NCBI GenBank assembly: GCA_050084985.1
Contig: JBITNC010000001.1
Location: forward strand, 77,252,001 to 77,316,000
Length of the DNA: 64,000 nt
Source: Nageia nagi
Taxonomy: Eukaryota > Plantae > Pinophyta
Direction of reading: 5' to 3'
The notes below the pieces were generated by a model that ran no database searches, was not told where the DNA came from, and saw nothing but the letters and a program-made list of their open reading frames with translations. Shown one piece after another: positions 24,201-36,200 of the stretch. Each line of letters starts with the position of its first letter. Position 1 is the first letter of the stretch. The position numbers and the translations under genes were made by a program.

Positions 24201-27200
24201 AGCAACTTCAATCTCAGCCTCTTCCTCTTCTTCTTCTTCAACTAATGTGACCCTAGCTGGACCCCTCTCCTCTGCATCATAATGAGGACATTCAGATGCT
24301 TTATGCCCTTCTTCTCCACAGCTGTAACAGATGAATGGTTTCCCCGTCCACTTCCTATCCTTCCACCGTTACCTCTTCCTCTTGGATATCCTCTTCCTCT
24401 TTGGAGGGTGTCTTGGCTCTGTCCTGCCTGATCCTCCTTTTTCCCAATCATCGAAGATTCACCCCTTGCGAAGTTAGATCCACCTCGCCCTCTATTTGAA
24501 GAGGGTGTCAACCCTTTCTTTCCCCCTCTGTTACGTCTCGTAAGCTTCTCCTCAGCCTTCAAAGCCATTTGATACGCATCCTCTACAGTAAGAGTGCGAT
24601 GCATACTTATCTCATCCTGAATAGAATAGCTTAGACCATTCACATACCTTGCAGCTCTCTGTTGGTCCGTCTCCTTATGCTCTACCCGAATGGATAATTT
24701 ATAGAACTCATTGGTGTAATCTTCGATGCTTTGGTCTCTCTGTCGAAGGTTCTGGAACCTCCGAAATAAGGTCTGGGAATAGTCTATAGGAATAAACTTT
24801 TCTTCTAATTTTTTCTTCATCTTGGCCCAAGCTCTAATCTTCTCTTTTCCCTTCTGCTGTCGAGATTTTTGTAAATGATCCCACCAGATCAATGCATGTC
24901 CCTTCAACTTCGTGCATGCAAGCTTCACCTTCTTATCCTCTGCAAGGTTTCCCCATTCAAAATACTTCTCTAGGCTATTAACCCAGTCAATCAACTCCTC
25001 TGGTTTCAACCCACCAGCATACTCAGGAACTTCAATCTTGATCCCATCTCGATTTCCCTTTAGCCCCTCCAAGGCTTGGATTAATCGATTTTCAAAGCCT
25101 TGCTCAGCTTCTTCTGGACGTGTTGGTTCTCCTTCCTCCTCAACGCCAGAGTCCTCTTCCCCAATCAGGCTCTCACTATCAGATCCTGGATGTGGGTACA
25201 CATGGGGTATCCTCCCCCCCACGCGATTAATTACACCGATCAATCGGGCAACTTCGGCATGTAGGTCCTCTATCTACCGATTCATATGGGCATACGCATC
25301 AGCTACACCTCTGTCGATACCCCTACCGACTCCTCTGCCGACGCCCCTACTGACACCTCTACCTTGTCTCCTAGGCGGCATCTTCTCCTTGGCTCTGATA
25401 CCAAATGATGTGAATTCAGCTGTAAAAGGAAAACAGAAATTGAAATCCAATCACAGAATATACAGAAGAAATCCGGACCAAATACTCTTCTTATTCCTGA
25501 ATCCACCACCTTCTCCAAGAGAATACAATCCTTTTTAAATAGCAACAAAAAAGCTAAAAAAACCAAAATGAGTCAGATTGCGCCCAAAATTTGCATGTGC
25601 ATCCCTCTTACACGAATTAAGCATTATCTAAAATACCAACCCTTAACTAAGAGAAAAACAAGAGTTATTAAAGCCGCAACATGCAAAAAAGCCTAAAAAT
25701 CGGAAGTGCTCTTAAAAAAGCCTATTTTTAGGACCTTAGATGGATGAATCAGGTCTTAAAAATATCATTTTTTGGGTATGGCAGTTCTAGCGAACTACCA
25801 TATTCAGAAAATCTTCATGAAGCCACAGTCCAGAATTCGGAGCAAAACGACATCCGGATCAAAAGTTACGGCCCCGGCAACGCATGCATTGCTGAGTTTC
25901 CCCTCAGTCGGGAAGGAGCAACAGATTTGCCACTATGGAAAAGACATGAAGAAAAGCAGTATATGGAAAAGACAGGCTATGACACCTCCATATCAGGTGG
26001 CAATAATCAATTCCCTGATCAGACGATTTGGAGATGTGGCCTGATTTCAAAGATAGCGTTCTTCTTTTGGTTGACCTTCCGCAATAGAATCCTAACAACG
26101 GACGACTTAAAGGAAACAAGGATGATTTTACCCAAGGTATGCTTGATGTGCCTCAAAGGAGAAGAGTCAGTGGATCACTTATTTATCAAATGTGAATACT
26201 CAACACAAGTGTGGAGACTGATAACCGAGGGGAAGGATTGGTCATCATATTTGGTGGGAGCTTCTATTACCCCATATCTGCTGGGAGATATGGAAGGAAC
26301 GAAACAGAAGACAGTTTAAAGATATTGCTATGTCGGAAATAAGGCTACCTACAAAAACAAAGGAAGCTCTTGAGAAGAACCATTGACCAAGCAAGCATCA
26401 GACAAAGGGTGAGGAGATGAGGAGACTCCTCATACCAATTCCCAAAATGCATAAGGAATCAGAAATAATGTCCTTTTCTGAGAGAAAGGGATTCCAAGGG
26501 GCGGTAGAGAGGGTTAAGATGGGTACCAAACAAAATAGCACCCCAGGAGTCAAGGCATTAAAAACTATGATGATTCACACGGTGAGGCTACCAAGGAAAA
26601 GATAGGTAAGGGGAAGAAAAGTGACCAGCGTAGTAGCCCAAACGGCAATCCTTCACATCACACTTACCAACGCATGCAAAAGTGGCCACCCTGGGTATTA
26701 TCTCTATGTTAGGAGGACAATTCATCATTACGATCAATCGCTTGTAGAGAAGTGTGTGCCTGGTCTGGGCTCCCAATTGAGCAAAATGTCAAGTAAACAG
26801 AGGAAGTAGGAGCCGCAGTCAAGGGCAGAATTCAAAACCAACAATGAAGTCTGGTCAATCTCATGCAAAGAAGGCGTGGGAAAATTCATTGATCGGCTCC
26901 AAGTATCGGACAAGAAAGCCTCAAAGCAGATCAAAAGTTGGAAGAATGGCAAGGTGAAAGTGAACGGTGTGCAATTTACAATCTCTCCAAGTCTTATCGG
27001 AAAAGCTACCGAAATGAGGAATGTTGCGAGGATGACGAAATTTCAGCAAAGAATGCATACGTCTACCTGAGAATGGCTTTGTCGGCTCCTTGGGATGTAG
27101 TAACATCGGCCATTATCAAGCTCTTGATATTAGAAGGGAAGTACACTTATTTAAATGGGTACCATTTCATTTTATTCGCACATTTCAAGCAGAAGTAAAA

Positions 27201-30200
27201 GATCAACCTCCCGCATTTTCCCTTCCATTCCATAGCGAAAAGTATCAAGAAGACAACCCAATTCCCTATGCATCAAGAACTCCTGAATATCCTATACTTG
27301 CATGTGAAGGAAGGCCGTCCAACAGTTTCGCAGTGGAAAGAGCAAGTGAAGTAAGAAGAGATGACGAAAGGGATAGATGGTCTCCAAGCAATTAAGGAAG
27401 CATAGAGCTCTTCGAACTCAGGTGACTCGGTTATTCAAAAGGAGGTGGTGGAAGTTCAAAGTAAGGATAGGAGGCGTTGAAGGAAATTGATCCTTCCGAA
27501 ATTAGTGACTCAGAAACTAGAAACTAGTAAGAGAATGTCTGAGGTAGAAGAAGTGGAAGTGCAGGAAGCCCGCACCAAAGAGACTTCTGTCAGAAAACCC
27601 AGTAAGTCTAAGATAAATCCGGTGGCTTCAAAGTCAATTGCAACTCGGCTAAAGAGAGCTAAGAGGAAAGTCAAGATGAAATCTTCATCAAAATCTGCAG
27701 GAGGAGTAGAAGGATTTGAGGCAAAGATTAAAGAGCCAAAAGAAGAACAAGCCTCAACAGAATGCCTAAGCAAATCGCTGCAAGGTAGCCCCCTACCCAT
27801 AGGAAGGTTTGTGTAGAAGTTGTTGAGGTAGAGCCGGTGAAGATAGATGAGCAAGGTGACATTCCAGAAGCAGTGTCGATTGTCAACCCAGGAGTATGGA
27901 AGATGAAGAATGAAATAGACGAATTATGGAACCTAGCAGAAGTGGCATTTGGAAATAAAAACTCAGAAGATGATGACCCAGATCCGTATGCATGGCTACC
28001 AAAGGCAATACAAGTTAAAAAGGAAGAGGCTACGGAAGCAAAGCAGCCAAGAGATGGAGGAGACCCAGAAATGATCAAATATGATGTCAAGCCTATTCGA
28101 GCACTTTATCCTAAGAAAAAGTATAGAAAAGATCATTTGAATAGCTTGCTGAGGATGTGATAGATACAAATGGATAAGATACTGAGTCACAGGACATGTT
28201 TTGTTAAGAGTATAGGCTACAAGATGTAATTTATGCATTTTGCATAAGCTACTAAATCTATAGAATATCTTTTTAAACTACAGGTTTTGGGTTCCTGTGT
28301 AAAAAACCCCTCATTTTATCATCAAACAAAACAAAAAAATCACCAAACCATTTATCAATAAAAACTGAACCCAACTACAATATTACCTTGACTCCAATGT
28401 GCATCATAATCTTATGGCTCAGGTACAAACCATTCACTTTCATGTAGCATGTATCATGCCCAATGTTAATCAAAACACCACACTCTGATTTTTTATCATC
28501 GCACACAACCGGTTCCAAACTTGATCACTTGTCCGTCCCTCCGAATAAAGATCTATGTATGTGATAGACGTTTTTAGTGCCATGCTCCATATTCATTTCA
28601 ATTTTGATGTTGTGTGCCATAGTAGTTGCTCCTCTTGTTACATGTGTCTATAGTACTTTGTCTTTCATATTATGTTCCCCTTGCTATTTCTCTGTACCTG
28701 TTCCATTCCCACTTCCATGACTGTTGCCTTTGTATGATGATGTGGGTGCTTATATGTCACAAGCTTAGTAAAAGATTCTCCTATTCCATATCTGTTATAT
28801 ATTAATTCTTGTTCTTCATTTCTTTCTTGTGGTCTTCTTTAGGCTCTTTCTTAGCTATCCTGTAAATTTTTCCTACTCTTAATCTTCTGTAGATTCTTCC
28901 TTACGTTTTCTTCTAATCCTTTCTTTCGGTCTACGTTAGATTCCTCATGATTTTGTAAATTCTTCTTCAAGCTCAAACACAGCATTGTCCTACTCCTCCC
29001 TGATCATAGTCGGTTCTTTGTGCTCTGTAATACCCTATAAAGTTGTCTTCTTTTTCCTGTACAAAATCTTACTAACTTTTGTTGGATTTTGTCAATTCCC
29101 AAAGTTTTCTAACCTAGGGTTTCCAAGAACAATATTAAAACCCCCCATAGTTATGTCACCAAAATTGTAAAATATATTTGTACATATCTCCAATCCTCAA
29201 ACACTCCAACTTCTCTATACACCAGTGTCTACTTGATATTTCTTTCTTGAAGCTACAATTGCTGACAAAAGTTGTCATTGACAAAGTTATACTTGCTGTT
29301 AGAATTTGTGGAAACAACTTTTTGTTATGTACGCTTACATGAACCTGCAAAATTGATGCTTCGTTTTCTTAAACATAAAACATGGTTCCTTTGTCACTAC
29401 TCCTTTTATTGCTTTTATTGACCCAAGGGTAGAGTATTTTGTATATATTAAGTTTCTTATTTCATCAACAAGAGATTGAATACATTTGCTCAATCATAAA
29501 ATTTGGATAGTATGTACATCTTTATTGGTTAACTTCCTCTTGGATACCACTTTATCTCTTTCTCACTTGAGAAGTTCCTCACATCTCCCACATTTGGCTT
29601 TGAAAAACCCATTCAACAACTTTCCAATAGAAGCTATGTCTTGCTTGAAGGTCAAACCACCATTCGTATGATCCCCCAATATTGGAGCAAACTAAGGCAT
29701 TCACCAGAACATTTAGTTGAAAATAGTCACTTCTAAAATATAAGCAAACACTTCTCAACATCGCCATTTCTATAAAAATGAGGTACCATTATCTATTGAA
29801 AGCAAAAAAATCAAAAATCGCCAGGGTCCTAAGAAATTTTATAGATCTCCTTTACCACTAAAAGTCTAACAAACAAAAGTAGAGCCATGTCAATTTGACA
29901 ATTCCCTTTGATTCCCACACAACAGTTCCAAATTGTAAGACCTGGTGATTTTCATCTTCATGCAGTAATCTTGATTGAAAAATCAAAAGTTCACCAGCAG
30001 TTGCAAAAGGCCAATTTTATTATGATTCACTATCTTAAAGATCAGGAGTACTTTCTAATGTTGCAAAAAAACATATCAGTGTAATACTTCTAGTAAGAGA
30101 TATATGTTGAAATACAAGGCATGTTACAAGATTTTCTTATAGAAAAAATTTGACAAATTCGTCTACCATTGCCCGAATCATTCTGCTAATATCACTATCT

Positions 30201-33200
30201 ATGAAACATAATTTCAATATATAGAAATATATCATTAGCATGCCAGACAAACACTATATGGTGCATAAAAAAGTACAAAAATAACCAATAGCTCAGATAT
30301 ATCATTAACAGAGGACAACAATATACAAAACCCTTTAAGGAATGAATTATTATGAGATTTCTCGATGAGAACTAAACCTATCTACAACATTAAGATAACT
30401 CATGATTAGAATGATATTGTAGTCATTATAATCATGAGTTGCAGTATGTCCCATACATCTTAAATAGCTGGCCCTCGAGCCCTGAGGTTATTGCTTGATG
30501 TAATGACCTGAATATTGACATTTCACTCATCTTGGCATTGTATCATTTTTATTGGGCCACATGGAGCAGGACAGCCCTCTTTAGAGAATAATTAGGAATT
30601 ATTTTAGTAGGTATAGTGATTTTTATATTTTAAATAATAATAGGATTTTATTTGAAGTAATAATGTAAGCTTGTAATCCCAAAAGAGAATTGGACATCTC
30701 TATTTTGGACATCCCATGTCTAGGAGTGTTTTTGGTATTTTTGAAACATTAATTAATGCTCTCACTTGTAATCATGTAGCGTAGCTCTCTGAAGTAATTT
30801 TTGCATTTCCTAGTTGCATTATGAGATCCTAGGTGTGGCGTCCAGTTGTGCTTCTCCCGAGGTGTGATCTAGACCCCCAAAATGGGGCGTCCAACTATAA
30901 GGAGGGGAAGCACACGATTTCATGGCATCTTTGTTTATTATCATCTCCTATCTCTCGACTAAGTGACTTGTCACTTCTCTAACCTTCCTGTGGACGAAAA
31001 CTTGCAGAAATGAGACTCCTTGAGGACGAAAACCTTCAAAGAGTAATAGACCAAGGTCGAAAACCCTTGTGTTCTTCGGACTAGATCCCTCACAAGATTC
31101 ACAAGTGCTTTAGACATCCAGATCCAGCAATTGGGAGTTTCTTCAATGGTGCGTCCAACCTGTGAAGTGATTTGGTGTTGTTTCAGTGTTCAAATCCAGG
31201 GGTTAGAGGCCCTAGTAGTGAGACATCTAGCCTTGGAGGAGAGTATTCATCACCCGAAGCATCTTCTTGCCTCTTGGACTCAAACGTCCCAACCAGTTTG
31301 AGATTTTGGAGTTACTTGTGTCAAATCTGATCTCCCAAGCCAGACGTCTTGCCCATTGGGCCATTTTTGTTGAGTTTTGAGCTTTGTAGTGAGACGTCCA
31401 TCCCTAGGGCATTTTTAGGCTATTTTTTGAGCATTTTATCTGACTCATGAATGCAAAATATTTCAGATCTGATTTTCCTATCTCAAGTTAAAATTGTTTG
31501 ATTTGGAATTTGGCTATTTTGAGTAAATTTGCATTTTTAATAATTTAGGATGTTACACTTGATGACAATATATATAGGATCGAAATCATGTGTTGCCAAA
31601 TATTTTTCTTAGTATTCTATTTTCGAGTAGTTAGAAGTTATCCCCATGAAGTGATATAAAATTCTATTTCCATATCTGCTATCATTCTTTTCATATTTCT
31701 CTATCAGGATCTATATTTGAATTTATCTTGCATTCACTTCACATTGTAGTGAACTGATTACATTGATGAGTCCTTCATCTATTTATTTCAGTTTTGTTAT
31801 TCAGAATTGAGTGTTAGAATTTTGAGGTTTGCCAAACTACATAAATGTCAAACACAGGCATAAATTGTCTTGTTTTGATACCAAATGAAGAATTTGAGAT
31901 GTCGTGATCAACAGGAGTAGTGTCGCAGTCAAATATGAAGTAGCTCTAATAAAACTAGGTAGTAGTCACAGTCAAACAAATGATTGTATTGAAGAGTGGA
32001 GTTGTTACGATCAAGAACTATGCAAAAGTCAGATTGTCTCACTTTTGAGGCTGGTGACATCAACAAGAGCTTTATTGTGATGTGGGAAAGGCAAACGGCA
32101 TAATACCACACTTTAGAGTTGATGACATCAACAAGTAGATTACCACAATGCAATGCTGGGAAGAAAATAGGGCAATGTCACACTTTTGCAAGGATGATGT
32201 CAGCAGAAGTGTTGTCGCAGTGCAACATAGAAAAAAGCCAAAGTGTTAAGATTTTCAAGCAGTGATGTCAGCAAGTATTTTCTTGGATTGCAGCAAGGAA
32301 GAAAAGTGGCACTACCACACTTAAGGAGCGATGACATCAGCACAAGCTCAAAGAAAGTCCATCAAGGCAATAAGGCACTGAATGTCGAGCAGCAGGAGCG
32401 ATGACATCAGCACAACACAGAAAGGCACAACTAACATTTGAAAAAGAGCGATGACATGAACAGAAGGTTGTGAGCGGTGAGGCAAGACGAGAAAAGCATT
32501 GTATGTCGCATGTCAAGAGCGATGACATCAACAAAAGTATGAACAAGGTGCAGCAAGGCTTTGTACGACACAAGGAGCTGCAACATGCACAGCAAGCCAG
32601 TAGAGTGTTGCAAAGGATCTGACAAGTCCTTGAAACAAGTGCAGCAAGCTAAAAGAGTGTTATACAAGATCTAAGAATTCCTGCAACACGTACGACATGC
32701 TAACAGAGCACCCGGGAAGTAAAAAGACAATCTGACGTGCAAGGAAGTGATCTACCAATGCTGAACAGAGTGTTGGAGTTGAAGATTCACCAAGTGCACA
32801 ATTGGAGATCCAAGATTGTTGTGATTCCAACAAGGAAATCAGGAAATGATGTCTAAGTCTCTAACATCCCCTTTTTGTAAAAAATAAATAATTTTGGAAT
32901 CCTAGGGATTCTCTTTTTGTAAATATTTATTTATTCATGTATTTGTTGTTAGTTACTTGGGATAGAAATATAATGGTCCTTTGGACCCACATTGCTAGCC
33001 CCATGAGGGACATTTTCCTCCCAATCTAGGATGTGTTATTTAATTTGTCATTAATGCACTTGAAGACCCTAAAGATGATTGTGGGAATCCAAAGGCTTGT
33101 ATAGGACCTAGATGATACTTGAGCATAAATAATCACTTAATTGCCCATGATGATTTGGGAGCACTTGTATACATGCGCCAGCCTTGGGGAGACTTCTAGA

Positions 33201-36200
33201 CCTCCACGTTGGCCCATGATGACTCCAAGACACCCACTCATGCATGTTGGCTCATTATGACTCCAAGACACCCTAGGCCCCCCACGTGGCATGGGTGACT
33301 CCCAAGCACCCACGTTGAGCATTTAAAGGGCCCAAATACCCACGTTGGGCTTGGATTGACCCCTAGGCACCTTCGTGGGGCTTCGTGGGGCTTCTAAGAA
33401 GCCAAAGTTGGATTAGGAAGGCTGAGTGATTACTTTGAGGTGAGCTATAGATCCATTGATGTGCTATATAAGGCAAAGGAGCCTCATTCCAGAACAGACT
33501 TGATTTTGATATTGAAATCCTTCTCTTTGAAGTTACCAAAGACTTGGTGGTGTCAAGCACCCTTGAGCGTAACGCACAAGGAGAGTCCAGAAGTTGTGGA
33601 ACACCTTTTGACTATCAATTGAGGTGAATGTTCATGCTGTGAAGTTGCCCTACCCTAGGCGTCCACAAGTGGTTTGCACCTTTGAATCCATCTAGTGGCA
33701 TTCCGGAATCACATCATTCTCTTTGTCAAGAGCTAGCCTGTGAAGGAGCCCTTCAGTGTAGCATCCACATAACTGATAGTGTGTGATTGTTCTACAGCAG
33801 TTTCAAGATCTATCTCGGCACATTGTTTGCCCTAGTTGGTTCCTTGGAGGCCAACATTAAGCCCTTTAGGTCTATTTGGTATTGTACCCATCATAATTTC
33901 ATTAAGAGTCATGGCATACTTGGATCTCATTTATTGTCTCATTATTTGATGTTCATGCTTCCATATATCCAAAGTTGAGTTATTTCAGTGTCTTCATGCT
34001 TGTATGGTGAATCGTTGGCATTCCTGGCCATTAATGGTGTGTTTTGCATGATATATGAGTCCCCATGTGTGATGTTGGATTGTAAAGGTGAAATTTGAAT
34101 TGAGAAGTGCATCGTTGGGCTTTCTGGCTAGTTGTTGTTTATGTTTGATGCCCTAGAACAGTTTGTGACATGCCTAGGAGTGCATATTGATATTGTTTGA
34201 TACTTAATTGATTGATATTTGCTTCGAGAGTTATTTGGAGATTTTACAAAGTCATGGATTGTAGCCTTCAAAATTTGTCTGAGACCCTGAATGGGTAGCA
34301 AGAATGCAAACAAGGTATCTTCCTAGTTGTAGGTGGACAAACACAAAATCCGATGCTAAAGCATCTTCAAGAGGCATGCACTAGGAGTTGGAGTCATGCC
34401 GAGTTGAATAACACCCATGAAAGAATGAAACACTAAGTTCCTAAGCAAAGAATGTTTTCTAGTTCTTAAGCAAAGCATGTTTTCTATTGATATGTTGACT
34501 ATCACAATGCTTCATGTACTATTACAATGGCTTCATCAAGAAAAGATGACAACTTCAAAAACAGAAATATCAACTGGGTGATTCTCCGCATATGGAACAT
34601 GTTGGAAATTGCATCCGAGACGACACAAAGAGTTGCTTGAGGACAAGGGAGCAACCATACACTACTTAAGGACGAGGCAACAACCATGAAGAGTGGTGTT
34701 GGAGGCACACACAGAACAATGCTTAAGGACGAGGCAGCAACCATGAGGAGTGGTTCAAAAGGCACACACAAAACATTGCTTAAGGATAAGGCAACAACCA
34801 TACACTATTTGAGGACAAGGCAGCAACCATGAGGAGTGGTGCCAAAGGCACACACAAAATGTTGCTTAAGGATGAGGCAGCAACCATACACTGTTTGAGG
34901 ATGAGGCAGCAACCAGACACTGTTTGAGGACGAGGCAGCAACCATACATTGTTTGAGGGCGAGGCAGCAACCATGAGGAGTGGTGTCGAAGGCACTTGCA
35001 TAGCTGCTTGAGACCTGAGAAGAGGTGCCAACCATGGATTGGTTGACAACAAGGCAGTCAACCATTTGAAGTAGTGTCCGACGCACGCACAAAGCTGCTT
35101 GAGGACAATGGCAACAATCGTGCAATAGTGCCATGCATAATAGGTTAATGCGATGGTATTGAGTGGGCTGAATGGACAAATGCCACAAACACTACTTAAG
35201 GACAAGGCAGTTAACCATTGAGCTGCTTGAGAACAAAGGCAGCAACCATACAAAGTGAGGCCATGCGACACTCATAGAACTGCATATGGACAGAGGCAAT
35301 TAACCATAACATGGTGTCGGAGGCACTCATGGGATGTTGTTGTGAAAGCACGCACCTCTCTCAATGCCATAGATCAACAACATCATAGCCCCATCGAACA
35401 AGAAATCAGTCTTATCTAGGCCCGAGATCTCCATGCAAGCATTGAATGGCCAACTACCAAGGAGTGTTGCAGTGGAGTTCATCATGAAGAGTGATGGTGG
35501 CAGGTATTGTGTTGAATGCAACAGCTGAAGGGATGGCAGAACATGCTTACCTGTCTAAGCAGGGTGGCAGAGTGTGTTTACCCAGGTGATAGAATATGTC
35601 AGCTGCATCTGATCAGATTACCTTAAACATGCCATTGCAAGGCGAAAGTCAAAAGAGACTTTAATCTCTCAACAATAATGTTGCAAATTTAAAATTATAG
35701 GAGGGTGCCGCACACATTTTTTATTATCCTCCATGTACATCACATTTTTTAATATCCTCCATGTACATAGTGTGCGAATATAATTCCATCACCAAAACAA
35801 ATAAAACATTGCAACATACCATAACAAGAGCTATCAAAGCTTGTTCCTAGCATTCATTTAAAGGAAAACTCAACATAAAGAATGCTAAAAACCTCAAAGG
35901 ATGACAAATTCAGGCAAAATTTGTTTTAACTGGAAGTAAAAAGTATCAATCTATGAAACAACTCATTATAAGACACCTATCATTGAAAGGAGTTCACTGA
36001 GAGAAGCACAACAGTATAAACAACTACTAAACCTCTGACTGACCACAAAATCAAATTCAGACACTGAAAACACTCGATCACAAAAATAATCAATAATCTA
36101 ATCGAAAATAAACTTGTTGAGAGCAGTACAACAATTTAGATCACCAGTTATCCCCCAATGACCCACCAAATGCAACAATTGAGAAGAATGAAACAAGTCC

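Larger units (their letters stand above)
20240..25889 (-). mobile_element. Full-length Ty3/gypsy chromovirus, CRM clade with C-terminal chromodomain (group C-like), 5650 bp
   Basis: TGATG...CATCA LTR termini, Met-PBS, gag start MPPRR, PR IDGGS, RT YFDD, RH, IN (HHCC zinc finger, DDE core), chromodomain-like ILDKR...YLVQWEGLP...TWV, reading frame ...LEENDA running into the 3' LTR. Confidence 0.95.
18595..26330 (+). pseudogene. LINE ORF2 remnant (reverse transcriptase + zf-RVT), split at 20240-25889
   Basis: ORF fragments 19127-19468, 19405-19746, 20028-20239, 25890-26319 with frameshifts and stops. Confidence 0.85.
18595..28339 (+). mobile_element. 5'-truncated L1-clade LINE (RT, zf-RVT, extra 3' ORF, A-rich tail), interrupted by a CRM element; 5' boundary approximate
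   Basis: [64 protein letters not shown]; 3' end TTGGGTTCCTGTGTAAAAAACCCC...CAAAACAAAAAAA. No TSD identified. Confidence 0.85.

Noticed and set aside
24912-25538. 208-aa + strand ORF
   Set aside because: Antisense to CRM gag and LTR; no independent coding signal.
25744-26319. 191-aa ORF (and 20028-20372) as novel genes
   Set aside because: Chance read-through fusions across LTR-LINE junctions.
32040-32540. CRISPR array
   Set aside because: Eukaryotic intron, short degenerate repeats, mutually related spacers, no cas genes.
34502-35271. Repetitive ORFs of 99-163 aa on the - strand
   Set aside because: Translations of the minisatellite.
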